Position numbers and translations under genes: made by a program
Notes under the pieces: model-generated
Database searches by the model: none
Seen by the model: the letters and a program-made list of their open reading frames with translations, nothing else
Told to the model about the DNA's origin: nothing
Origin: Antedon mediterranea
Taxonomy: Eukaryota > Animalia > Echinodermata
Assembly: GCF_964355755.1 (NCBI RefSeq)
Contig: NC_092674.1
Coordinates: 1,860,001-1,924,000, forward strand
Length of the DNA: 64,000 bases
Reading direction: 5' to 3'
Shown: piece by piece, positions 13,090 through 24,461 of the stretch
Position numbering within the stretch: position 1 is the stretch's first letter
Layout: each line of letters starts with the position of its first letter

Positions 13090-14032
13090 CTGGATACCAA
13101 TGTGTTTGATGTATAAATATCAATGCATATCATATTAAAACGTTATATTCATGTATCTCTTTTGAGAGACACTGTTGTGTCTAACATATTAGGTAAAAAA
13201 AATGAGTTTACACACAGCAGGAGGCACACCATACAAAACGCAGGTGGTGTTGATGCTGCAATGTGTGTGTGTAAAGTGATGTGAAAAGGGTTATTAGTGT
13301 GAATGAAATTAACTTGTTTTGGTCGTTTTGTAATTGTACTGAAAACGTGGGACAGTATAAAGTTACTAATGATACGATACCAGCAATTTGTGGAAAAAAA
13401 CTATGAATTTGACAAAGGATCTGCCTTTTCTCGTAGTTCTGGAATTTCCAACAGAAATTATTTCAAAAGAACATGTGTTATTTTTGGAAGCATCATCTCA
13501 TCAATAGTGGATAAGGGACTGTCTTAAAAGTTGTAACAGTTTTAAAATGTGAAAGCTGAAGGTATATTAATACCAACTAATCCTAACACAGTTAAACCCC
13601 ACGTGTAAGTTGGCCATCTTGTCTTCTCCAACCACAAAACCTAATTTGCATAATGGTTTGAACCATTGAACTGTTTTCTGATACTATATCAAGGTTGTAT
13701 TTTCTGGATACAACCTGCATAACATTATGTTTTAGATATCATAGGTTGTGAAATACAAACTTAGCGCCATTTGTATATCAAATAAATGACGTATTATGTA
13801 TTCACTGAATACCGCTAAATAAATAGACTTGGGTGGAATTATTTGTTGACAAGGAGCTATTTTGAAAAATGATTGTCACTATTGAAATAGCAGTATGAAG
13901 AAACCTATTTCTAAAAGACACAAATCAAAATCAAGTTAAAATATCCAAATTTCCTAAGTTTTTAGTTATGCTTGAGGACGATAATGTTACTCTACTCTAA
14001 CTCCTGAAAAAAAATAAATTTAGATTGGATAG

Positions 14033-14593
14033 AATGTTATAATGATACGCCAGAAAGCACTCTAATGTTATAATGATATGCCAGAAAGCACTCTAATGTT
14101 ATAATGATACGCCAGAAAGCACTCTAATGTTATAATGATACGCCAGAAAGCACTCTAATGTTATAATGATACGCCAGAAAGCACTCTAATGTTATAATGA
14201 TACGCCAGAAAGCACTCTAATGTTATAATGATACGCCATAAAGCACTCTAATGTTATAATGATACGCCAGAAAGCACTATAATGTTATAATGATACGCCA
14301 GAAAGCACTCTAATGTTATAATGATTCGCCAGAAAGCACTCTAATGTTATAATGATTCGCCAGAAAGCACTCTAATGTTATAATGATTCGCCAGAAAGCA
14401 CTCTAATGTTATAATGATACGCCAGAAAGCACTCTAATGTTATAATGATACGCCAGAAAGCACTCTAATGTTATAATGATACGCCAGAAAGCACTCTAAT
14501 GTTATAATGATACGCCAGAAAGCACTCTAATGTTATAATGATACGCCAGAAAGCACTCTAATGTTATAATGATACGCCAGAAAGCACTCTAAT
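14033..14593. repeat. Minisatellite, 31 bp x18
   Basis: Unit aatgttataatgatacgccagaaagcactct. Confidence 0.97.
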
Positions 14594-15458
14594 CTTCATG
14601 AAATAGCACTATACAAATGTACAATAATCAGAAAGCCTGGAAAATTGATTCATTAAAAATGCCTAAAAAAATACACCTATTTTACAATTCCTAGCAAAAC
14701 TTTGGAGTCTCAACACACTGAGGTACACACAATACATGTGAGTGTAAAGACACACAAGACTGGTCTTAACACACAATGCTATGAATAAACATTATCCACA
14801 TCATTTACTGTAGATCAGCGTTATGCAAACCTTTTTGACCCGGAATCTAAATCATGGAAAACAATGTGTCACAACACATACAGGGGCGGATCCTGCATTA
14901 TAGATTAGCGGGGGCTAAATATTTCATAAACGATAAAAACGGACATATGTTGCGGAACATAGATAACCTATTTATAACATAACATCAGAATATGAATTAT
15001 AATGAGGCCCATATAAGGAATCCCATCAAAACTTCCTACAGAATATTTCTGTGTTTCATCAATGTATTTAATAATTAGTTAATGTAATATAGTTGTGGTT
15101 TACAATGCGGTTGAAGTTTTTTGCACATACAAGCAGATGACAAGTGCTTTGGTTCAGACATTCAACCATATGATTGGACGCCTGACGGTCAATCACAGTG
15201 TCAACCACTGTAATGTACAGGACATTAGGACACACAGTAGTAGCTTTTTGTACCTTACCTTATTCAGGTAAAATCTTCTAGTTGATATTACTATTATGAC
15301 ATTCATGTATTCCTTAAAGAACAATAGGTTATATAATGCAGTATAAGTTTAAGTATCTACTAAATAAAATGTAGTGGCATTGTAGATGGGGTTTAGAATG
15401 ATTGCTTAATAATCTCAATGTGCTAGGTCAAAATCTCTATCACAGTATTTTTTTCCAA

Positions 15459-15620
15459 AAACAGTGCTAAGCCAACATAGCTTGGACTTAAGGCATCCAA
15501 ACAGTGCTAAGCCAACATAGCTTGGACTTAAGGCATCCAAACAGTGCTAAGCCAACATGGCTTGGACTTAAGGCATCCAAACAGTGCTAAGCCAACATGG
15601 CTTGGACAAAGGCATCCAAT
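15459..15620. repeat. Tandem repeat, 40 bp x4
   Basis: Unit aaacagtgctaagccaacatagcttggacttaaggcatcc. Confidence 0.95.
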
Positions 15621-16304
15621 AATTGGCTGTTGAATATGGTTGAATTGAACTTATTTCATTTTCATTATTTTATTATTTCAGTATATACATAAAAACAAAA
15701 TGAAATTGGGGAGACCAGGTGAACTTACTGTAGCTGAGCCGGTTGACCCAACCCTAAAGTCTGTTATTTAGCATTAAACTGGCCAATACATAGCAAACTG
15801 TGCTGTAGCTCAAAGGTTAAGGATTGAAGTGATTTCTGAAATGTCTAGTTCATGAAGCTAATCTTAAAATTGTTATATTTCCTCATATTTTATAAACTTT
15901 TATAACAGATATTTAGAGCTTAGATTTGTAGACGTAATCATTTATAGCTCCATGAAGTAATTACACATTCTCCTTCATAATTTCTTATTTTTATGTTCGT
16001 ACAGTACCATGTGAATGATTGTTGTATAAAACCATACATTTGACCAAAATGTATGGTTTTACTTTGAATATAAGTAAGGAAAAAAACCTGCTCATAGCAA
16101 ACTGCTTAGCACTACAACCATCTCAAATGACCATTTTCAAACTCAATCCTATCATCTGAAAAATATTTATAAAAAGACAAATTGAATTTTAAAATGTATT
16201 ATCAGTTTTTATTTAACAACTACAGTGCATTAAAGGATACATAAAGGATTCTTGTTTTTTTCTGTAACTCACAATTCATGTCATTCAGTGTACACAGTTA
16301 TAAC

Positions 16305-16475
16305 CTGTGTGCACTTTGAAGAACCCAGTTCATTATTCGAGAAGAGTAGAGGGTTACCCCGGTGAACTGGTTCACAAAATAGCCCCTGTATCAGGGGGAT
16401 TACCACCTATTTGATAGGACAGCGATTAATTTACTATTGGTAATTCTTGGCCACATTGCCTAAAGACATATAATA
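16305..16475 (+). mobile_element. SINE 3' portion with a Deu/Nin-like domain
   Basis: gtgcactttgaagaaccc...gaagagtagagggttaccccggtg resembles the DeuSINE/AmnSINE central domain. Inverted copy at ~38130-38260; related relic at ~20490-20680. Confidence 0.6.
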
Positions 16476-16835
16476 ACATTGTAGATGCATTGGATTTAAA
16501 AGGTATATTACTCTGACGTAGGATCAGTGAAAGCTCTGTAATTTCATACTGGCTGTTTATTTCATCGTTTAGCTTTTTGCTATATTTGTATCTCCATTTG
16601 ATATTCACCCACTGCATTGTTATTTTTTTAGTATTTTGCCTTTGGATTTATAAATACAAACAATGCATTGGCATGGAAAGTACTATGTCTGGATTTTGTA
16701 TATTATATTATTTTTATATTATAGCAAGAGAACAAATGTAACAAACAAAATATATTATAGCACAATCACAACATGCATGCTGTTTATGACGCATACACGG
16801 TATTTTCCAACAGACAAAAATATATAAGTTACGTC

Positions 16836-17330
16836 AGATTCTTCATTCATAATTATTTTGAAACCGCACTCGCCATTGGTCGTCGTAGGAACTATTTTTC
16901 TATGGACCGATAAGCAGTGGTGTGTATTATTATGAGTTATCAGGTTATCAAGAGAGGGCTCAGTCGATCATACAAGTTTGACGTGTACTTTCCAAAGCAC
17001 CAAAAATAGATTGGTAATTACATTATTTTCCGTCTAGAATATTCTTCATTCATAAACACAATAATTCAAACTGAACTCTGAACTCTCACCATTGGCCGTA
17101 GGTATTACTTTTTCATGCACCGTTAAGCAGTGGTGTGTATTTTGTGAGTTATCAGGTTCTACAAGAGAGGGCTCAGTCAATCATACCATTTGGACGTGTG
17201 TTTTCCAAAACGGCAAAAATAGATTGAGAATTACATCATTCTGTATCTAGAATATTCTTCATTCATAAACATAATTTATTTAAAATCAACTCTGAACTCC
17301 CACCATAGGCCTATATTTTTGTGCGAATGG
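16836..17330. repeat. Degenerate ~200-bp tandem repeat (about 2.5 units)
   Basis: Recurring attcttcattcataa, aagcagtggtgtgtatt, agagagggctcagtc and aaaaatagatt; more diverged copies at ~19100-19520. Confidence 0.8.
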
Positions 17331-18153
17331 CGTTTGTGTTCCTGGAGTAATCAGGCTACACAGCAAAAACAAATTTGATTAAGGAAATGTAAATGTTAGC
17401 CAAGTCCATCGGTGTATCATTCATAATATTATTCTAGTATTAAATATCTTTAACCTGTGGCCCTTGATGAAAAAAGTCAATGTTATAATGAGAATGTTTG
17501 TGTATACAACACTTAAGCCGAAAATAAATATATATTTAGTTCATTCATTTTAGGGGATGGCAGTTTATATATTTAAATAGTCATTAATTTATGTTACCAT
17601 AATCTTTCTATAATAAACGGATTGAATCACTACATACATTTACAACTTTAAGCATGCAATAAAATTGTTCCTGTTTACGATTATATCAGAATTGTTTTTG
17701 TTTTAACAGAGGTGGCTTGAAAATCAACACTTTACTTACGTTTATGCCATGGAAATCCATCTGAGACAGATCTAAACATATTAATCCTACTATTCATGTT
17801 CATCAACTGAAAAATAGATTTATAAAAACAAGCAAAGATAAATTAATGAAGTAACCCAAATGAGGTTGAAATGTGCATGTAACAGAATTCAGGGTCGTTC
17901 TGGAATTGGCACGACAAAAAATTGCCAAACTAAACCAAACATCATTCGTCATAGGTCTAATCGAAAGATCACTAATATCATTTCTTAGATTTGAATGGCA
18001 GGATAAATAAAATAAATTTTGTCTTTTAAAGGTATTTGCGGCAAGTTATCAAATAGATTTTGTTGTGAACTGCTCCACTGATATGTTTTACATTTTTTAT
18101 TAACTTTAAAATGTATCCTTCCGTTTAGATTTACTTTAAGGTATACTTGTAAC

Positions 18154-18785
18154 CCAGTGTTGTAACTGCGTAACATGTACTATTAGGGTGACAGTACGTT
18201 TTAATGAAATCCAGTGTTGTAACTATGTAACATGTACTATTAGGGTGACAGTACGTTTTAATGAAATCCAGTGTTGTAACTATGTAACATGTACTATTAG
18301 GGTGACAGTACGTTTTAATGAAATCCAGTGTTGTAACTATGTAACATGTACTATTAGGGTGACAGTACGTTTTAATGAAATCCAGTGTTGTAACTATGTA
18401 ACATGTACTATTAGGGTGACAGTACGTTTTAATGAAATCCAGTGTTGTAACTATGTAACATGTACTATTAGGGTGACAGTACGTTTTAATGAAATCCAGT
18501 GTTGTAACTATGTAACATGTACTATTAGGGTGACAGTACGTTTTAATGAAATCCAGTGTTGTAACTATGTAACATGTACTATTAGGGTGACAGTACGTTT
18601 TAATGAAATCCAGTGTTGTAACTATGTAACATGTACTATTAGGGTGACAGTACGTTCTAATGTAAACCAGTGTTGTAACTATGTAACATGTACTATTAGG
18701 GTGACAGTACGTTTTAATGAAATCCAGTGTTGTAACTATGTAACATGTACTATTAGGGTGACAGTACGTTTTAATGAAATCCAGT
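18154..18785. repeat. Minisatellite, 57 bp x11
   Basis: Unit ccagtgttgtaactatgtaacatgtactattagggtgacagtacgttttaatgaaat. Confidence 0.97.
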
Positions 18786-20261
18786 TTTTAAATAGTTTAT
18801 ATTTTCGATGTATAAATATGTTTTTGATGTTTATTTGTTATAACTTTTGCAATTTTTAACGATTCAGTTTTTGCTGCTGCCACTGCAGTTTTAATAAATA
18901 AACCTTGAATATTAATATTTTGATTTTCACTATTCAATATTCTATTCTTACAATACTGTATGTAAAATGTTCAGATGGTGTGTTTTATTTTTTTGTTTCT
19001 ACCTCCTCATGCATGCATTACAAAATTATTGTTGTAAATTACTTGTTATTTCACAATTGTACCACGTGTGTATCTTTTATTGAATCTCTGTATTTCCAAA
19101 ACATCTGAAAATAGAACAATTACATCATTTCAGTCCACGGTAGATTAATTGTGTTCATGCGGTAATTATTGGCTACAAAGGGACTACTTTCTTAGTCTGT
19201 CAACCAATAAAAAATCTGTGTATGTATTTGGAGTGATCAGGCTAACGGAGAGGGCTCACTCGATAGCAATCTGATGTTTGTATAACCTCTGTATGTATTA
19301 TCCCAAAAATAGATTGACATCATCGGGTCACTTTCTTTCTAGAATTATCCTTTAAAATGCTAATTTACAACACATCATTGGTGAAGCAAGAGAACTACAT
19401 TTTTTGTTTAAGCCAATGAGCATTGCTGTATGTATATTGTAGTGGTGATTAGGCTAGGGGGCTTATTCACTAATGTGTATGCATGGTTGCTATGAATTCA
19501 ATATACAAAATAGATAGTGTTTTGTATTACACAATGAACCCAATCAATTTTTATTAATATTTATTAAGCTCTGTCTACACTATCAAACTTCATGTGATTA
19601 TGTGAAATTTGATGTGCCCATATATGGACATGATGTCATATCACTACCATATTTGAGGATATCAATACCATATTTGGGCACATCAAACTAGTTTTATAGT
19701 GTAGACAAGAGTTTTAAACTTTTACATTAAGTTACCTTTAACATCTTTGAGAGATTGATAGATGTGCTCATTCACAGACACATTAATGTATCTGATGGGA
19801 ACAAAAATAGTCTGTTTAATTTATCTTGAAATACTGCATGAAAATAAAAAACATATTTTTATAAATTTATATAACTCATTCATTCGTAAACATTTACTTT
19901 GCATAAAAAGTCTTCAAAACAAAAAATCTAAATTAAACGATAAAATAAGGTAAATAATACAGATTACTATTTTTTAGGAATCAAATTAGAAGAAAAAAAA
20001 ATTGTATCATAAGATCCCTAAAGAAACATAAAGAGTAGAAGCAACATATCATATGGTAGACCTACTAACAATTGCAGACTTTACCATATATAATTTATCC
20101 ATATTTGGCACTACTGTAGCTATAGTTTTATTTATCAAGGTGTTTAATTTTTAATCAATTTAATTTCATAATCAACATCGTTCGATTTCAATTAGTATGC
20201 TAATAATTTGCCTGTAAACATAAAGAAAGGAAACAACTGTAAAGTAATACTTAGTTATGTT

Positions 20262-20374
20262 GTCTTGTAGAGGGTGCATGTGTACAAAGTGGAACGTCTT
20301 GTAGAGGGTGCATGTGTACAAAGTGGAACGTCTTGTAGAGGGTGCTATGGCATGTGTACAAAGTGGAACGTCTT
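20262..20374. repeat. Tandem repeat, 34 bp x3
   Basis: Unit gtcttgtagagggtgcatgtgtacaaagtggaac. Confidence 0.9.
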
Positions 20375-21487
20375 CAGTCAATACCGGTATAAAGAGAAGA
20401 AAACAGGTATGAGTAACAGCTGGGCTAAGGATATAAAGAAAGGGAATTGGTAAGGTTAGTAATATGCCAAACTTGTTAAAATCGCTCAATGATTCTGGTG
20501 GTAGAACAAGTCTTCTTGGATAAGGACTACAAAACGTAGGTCCAGTGTACATAGCTTATGTGCACTTTAAAGAACCTAGTACATCTTTCGACACAGTAAA
20601 GTCACTGGTCATAACTGGGCTCTTTGAGACCAGTCTTTGACTGAAGAGTTTACCCTGTATAATACAAATTCGATAATAATGTTTATAAAACTCTTGAAAG
20701 TGGACGATACTATCCCACATTAATAAACCACAATTTAAGGCGATAAATAATTAAAAGAGTATGTCTTTTAATTATTTAACGTTTGTTGTATAGTACGTTA
20801 AAGTCCATCATTTCATGTTAACATTCAAGAATACAAATTTATCAATGACAATTACATAAATATTTCTATTTGGTAAATACCATGAAATATTCACATGAAA
20901 ACACTAAAATAATATAGTAGGTGTATTACCTTTTTCCAGATCTGTTTGGAGTTAGCAAGAGTGATTGGAACTTGGTGATGAGATTCCTTGCATCGGTACA
21001 CCTCACGTCTTCAAAACAGTGCCTCCAAGATGGTCTCCTCGATTGTATCAATACATATGGTAAAGTCTGCAAAATAATAATCCCAATACTAGTTAATATT
21101 ACTAAGCATGTTCAAAGACCAGAGCTACCTATTCAAATGTAACCAAACATAAGGTTTTGTAAATATTCAAGAAACCAAAATATGTTATGAAATTTGGAAA
21201 GGCAAATGCATCACAAAATGATAAATATAATGAAAGCATATTTTAATTTAGCATCAAAGGCCATTCATATTTGTGTTTATCATTCAGAGGAAAATGTATA
21301 ATGTTTAAAAAATAAACAATCTCATATACACTTCTGGATCTGGGAATCCCTGGATCGATACCTGACAAAGGTCAAACAAAATGTGCTAGATGAAATCTGA
21401 AAGGACAACTACAATACAAAATGATTAATAAACAAACAAATTACCTTTTTTTGTAGATCTACACACTTGATGTATACAAAAAGGCTT

Positions 21488-21856
21488 GGCAGTTACTGAT
21501 GTGGTCTGTACCTGCCAACAGTCCACCAGACTAGTGGTCCACCGGACTAGTGCTTGGCTGTTACTACTGTGGTCTGTACCTGCCAACAGTCCACCAGACT
21601 AGTGGTGTACCGGACTAGTGCTTGGCTGTTACTGCTGTGGACTGTAACTGCCAACAGTCCACCAGACTAGTGGTCAACCGGACTAGTGGTCAACCGGACT
21701 AGTGCTTGGCTGTTACTGCTGTGGACTGTTACTGCCAACAGTCCACCAGACTAGTGGTCCACCGGACTAGTGCTTGGCTGTTACTGGTATGGACTGTTAC
21801 TGCCAACAGTCCACCAGACTAGTGGTCCACCGGACTAGTGCTTTGCTGTTACTGGT
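21488..21856. repeat. GC-richer tandem repeat, 68 bp x~5, with an internal hairpin
   Basis: Unit tggctgttactgctgtggactgttactgccaacagtccaccagactagtggtccaccggactagtgct. Confidence 0.93.
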
Positions 21857-21939
21857 AGTGTGTGCATCAACACTTTCACCAGCCTAGGAAAAACAAGCTT
21901 TATAACAACAAGGTTTGTAACCGATAATGGTTATGTTTA

Positions 21940-22277
21940 TGCACTTGTCAATTGTATGACCCACTATACGACCCCCGGGAGAGGTGCGTCATTTGTCCGA
22001 TGTGCGTCATACTTTTGAATACCATGACGCACCCGTGCGTCAAAAAGGTGACTTACCTTTAGGTGACCATGACGCACCCATTTTGACGCACTGTGACCAT
22101 GTTGTTTATGATATGGTGGGTGGTAAAGTGACGGACATTGACACACCTTGTTCATTGATGTGACGTACCATCTAGGTTTTTTGACACACCCCTGCGTCAG
22201 TAATTATTTGTAAATGACGCACCCATGACGCACCTCTCCCGGGGGTCGTATAGTGAGTCATACAATTGACAAGTGCA
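21940..22277. mobile_element. Harbinger-type MITE
   Basis: ~50-bp TIR tgcacttgtcaattgtatgac.cactatacgacccccgggagaggtgcgtc; TTA on both sides. Confidence 0.85.
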
Positions 22278-23844
22278 TTAATGACTACCAGACATGTTAG
22301 AAAGAAAACATCATCTAGTTGAAACTAAACTTGATGGCTTTGAATGTGCTTCCCTGCACAGCATTGTTTTTCATCAATCGAAGATATTTTGCGTTTCATG
22401 AAAAAGGTGTATGATACAATAAAATTTGGTTTGTTTTTGTCTTTCAGGGTAGATAGCGTGATGATGGTCAATACTGTATACTCATAGTCTGATTCAGTTT
22501 GGGTACCCACAGTTAACAGGCCTGCTGAACAACAGATGGACCCGATCGCAATTATTTTCATTTTATCTACAAATAATTTTGTTAAAGCATTAGGCCTAGG
22601 TATAGGCCTAGCCATTAGAAAAAAAAACACTTCACTTCATTTTATTAATATCAATTTTGAGCCAGAGCCAAAATTGTGGGCCAGCAGGGAGAGCAAGGTC
22701 CTTTCTTCCATGTATTTCTCACTTATGATCTGTACCGGGATCATCTGTACCTACCAGGCTTAGGCTACACGGTGGCCCTATTCCCAAATATTTTTAAAAA
22801 AAGGCGAACGAGTCTGCCTCGTCCAGTGTTGTTGTGTTGTCCCAGACAAGAAGGCTAGCCTACAATCAAAAAAACTTTAATTCGCTTGTTGTGTAGGTAG
22901 GCCGGCCTAGGCTTGAATTAATGACATATTATGAGGCTTTTCAACATCTAATATCTATCTAATTTGGTGTAACAAATTAAAGGTATAATAGTTGATAACA
23001 TTTACTAATTTAGAGGGGTAAAAAAGGCACAATTATACAATTAAACTTACAATAAATTCACAAAAGTCGAAAAAGGAGAGCCATACTTACATACCCCCAC
23101 CAAGCACACAACAATACTGCAGTTGGTGTAGTGTTCTTTGTCCAGTCGTCTTTTGAATAATTGTTGTCTCGACGTCTGGACAAAAGTTATAGCAAAGTTT
23201 CGACTTTTTAAAAAGCACGTTGTAATAAATAAAACAAAATTACTAGAAGAGTTTTGACGTTAAAACTATTCTTTGTGTCATCCATAATATTTCGAACGAA
23301 AATGTAACACAGGGCAGAACTACTCACATGACGTAGGCCTATTAATAACGTAAAAGTATAAGAGATTAATGAATACTGTAGATCGATCCGGCCAAAAAGT
23401 TGGTTTAAGACAAGACTAAATATTCAATTATTTATTTATTATTTATTTCAGAATGTACTTACTAACGACAATAAAGTATATAAACACTTATACATATGCA
23501 TATAGGGCCACATAGATTTGAGCTAATACTCTGAAATAAATCTCTTTTTGTAACGTCTACTCGCCTCACTGAGCGGGTACGACCAAGAACGTTGAATTAA
23601 ACAATGAAACCAGGTCACAATAAAAAAAAAATGGAATTCATACATTTAAATTGAAAAATATACCATGAAAAAAAGTCTTCGATTAATTTGATGAATTTAA
23701 TTTTAAATTAATATTATAATTAGGACACGTTTTACCTAGAAATAATAAAAATCTATTTTGGATTATATTCTCTATACAACTTGGAGATATCGAATTCACA
23801 ATAACTGAACAATATTCAATGTGTGGACGAACAATATTGTTTAT

Positions 23845-24130
23845 AGGCGCGCCGCAGCCAAAACAAAATTATCGGTTAATTGTTGAACCAATCAAGTGCG
23901 CATGATCAGTTATTACCAAAACAACCAGATGCCCAATCACAACGCAACAATTTGTCCTCCAGGTCAAAGGTTAAAAATGATCGCATAATTATCCGATTTG
24001 AATGACTTATCGGTTAATTTTGCTCGAGCAATCGGTTCAACCCCGTTTCCACAGGCAGTTTGTCGGTTAACTATCGGTTAATTTTTATCAGTTAATTACC
24101 GGTAAATTTTGGCTGCGGAAACACGTCCAT
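23845..24130. mobile_element. MITE-like element
   Basis: Inverted ends ccgcagccaaaa / ttttggctgcgg; internal tatcggttaa repeats. Confidence 0.6.
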
Positions 24131-24297
24131 AAAGACACACCAGAGTGATGTATTAATTCATCCATTAGCTTTCGGATATGATACTTGCTTTGCTAAAAAT
24201 CATCTCTGATTCATGCCATAATTTAAATTGTCATGATTATAACAATTTTACAATCTAATCCACTGGACTTACTTGTTTAGTCAACAGTAACAAGTAA

Positions 24298-24461
24298 CGC
24301 TCTGTCCACACTATCAAACTAGTTTGACAAAAAAGGTGGGATGTGCCCAAATATGGTAGTGATATATCCAAATATATATGCCCATATATAATATTATCAT
24401 GTCCATATATGTGCACATCACATTTTTTTGTCACATCATATTTAATAGTGTAAACAGAGCT
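24298..24461. mobile_element. MITE family A copy inserted into an older hairpin
   Basis: TIR-bounded element with TAA duplicated at the insertion point (one extra T on the right). Confidence 0.8.

Larger units (their letters stand above)
864..13163. repeat. Tandem segmental duplication: copy A ~864-6305, copy B ~6315-13163
   Basis: Colinear matching blocks, e.g. 1180/6919 ctccagggctgacccaaagtg, 3611/9671 catcagtgaagtcaactgatac, 5622/12356 aagtggtgactgtgtgagacag, 6290/13147 attcatgtatctcttt. Confidence 0.92.
19736..23300 (-). ncRNA. Candidate spliced long non-coding RNA (or decayed gene)
   Basis: Chain of minus-strand acceptor/donor pairs: exon ending 23091 (gtaagt), 21445-21883, 21396-~21330, 20930-21066, 19736-19791. 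There is no continuous ORF, and the 68-bp repeat exon has stops in all frames. The 5' end is approximate. Confidence 0.4.

Noticed and set aside
18188-18859. 223-aa Cys-rich repeat ORF
   Set aside because: It is a by-product of a 57-bp (3n) minisatellite, has a GTG start, and shows no splice context or synonymous variation.
22325-22630. 101-aa ORF containing VGTQTE
   Set aside because: No recognisable domain and no matching minus-strand splice sites.
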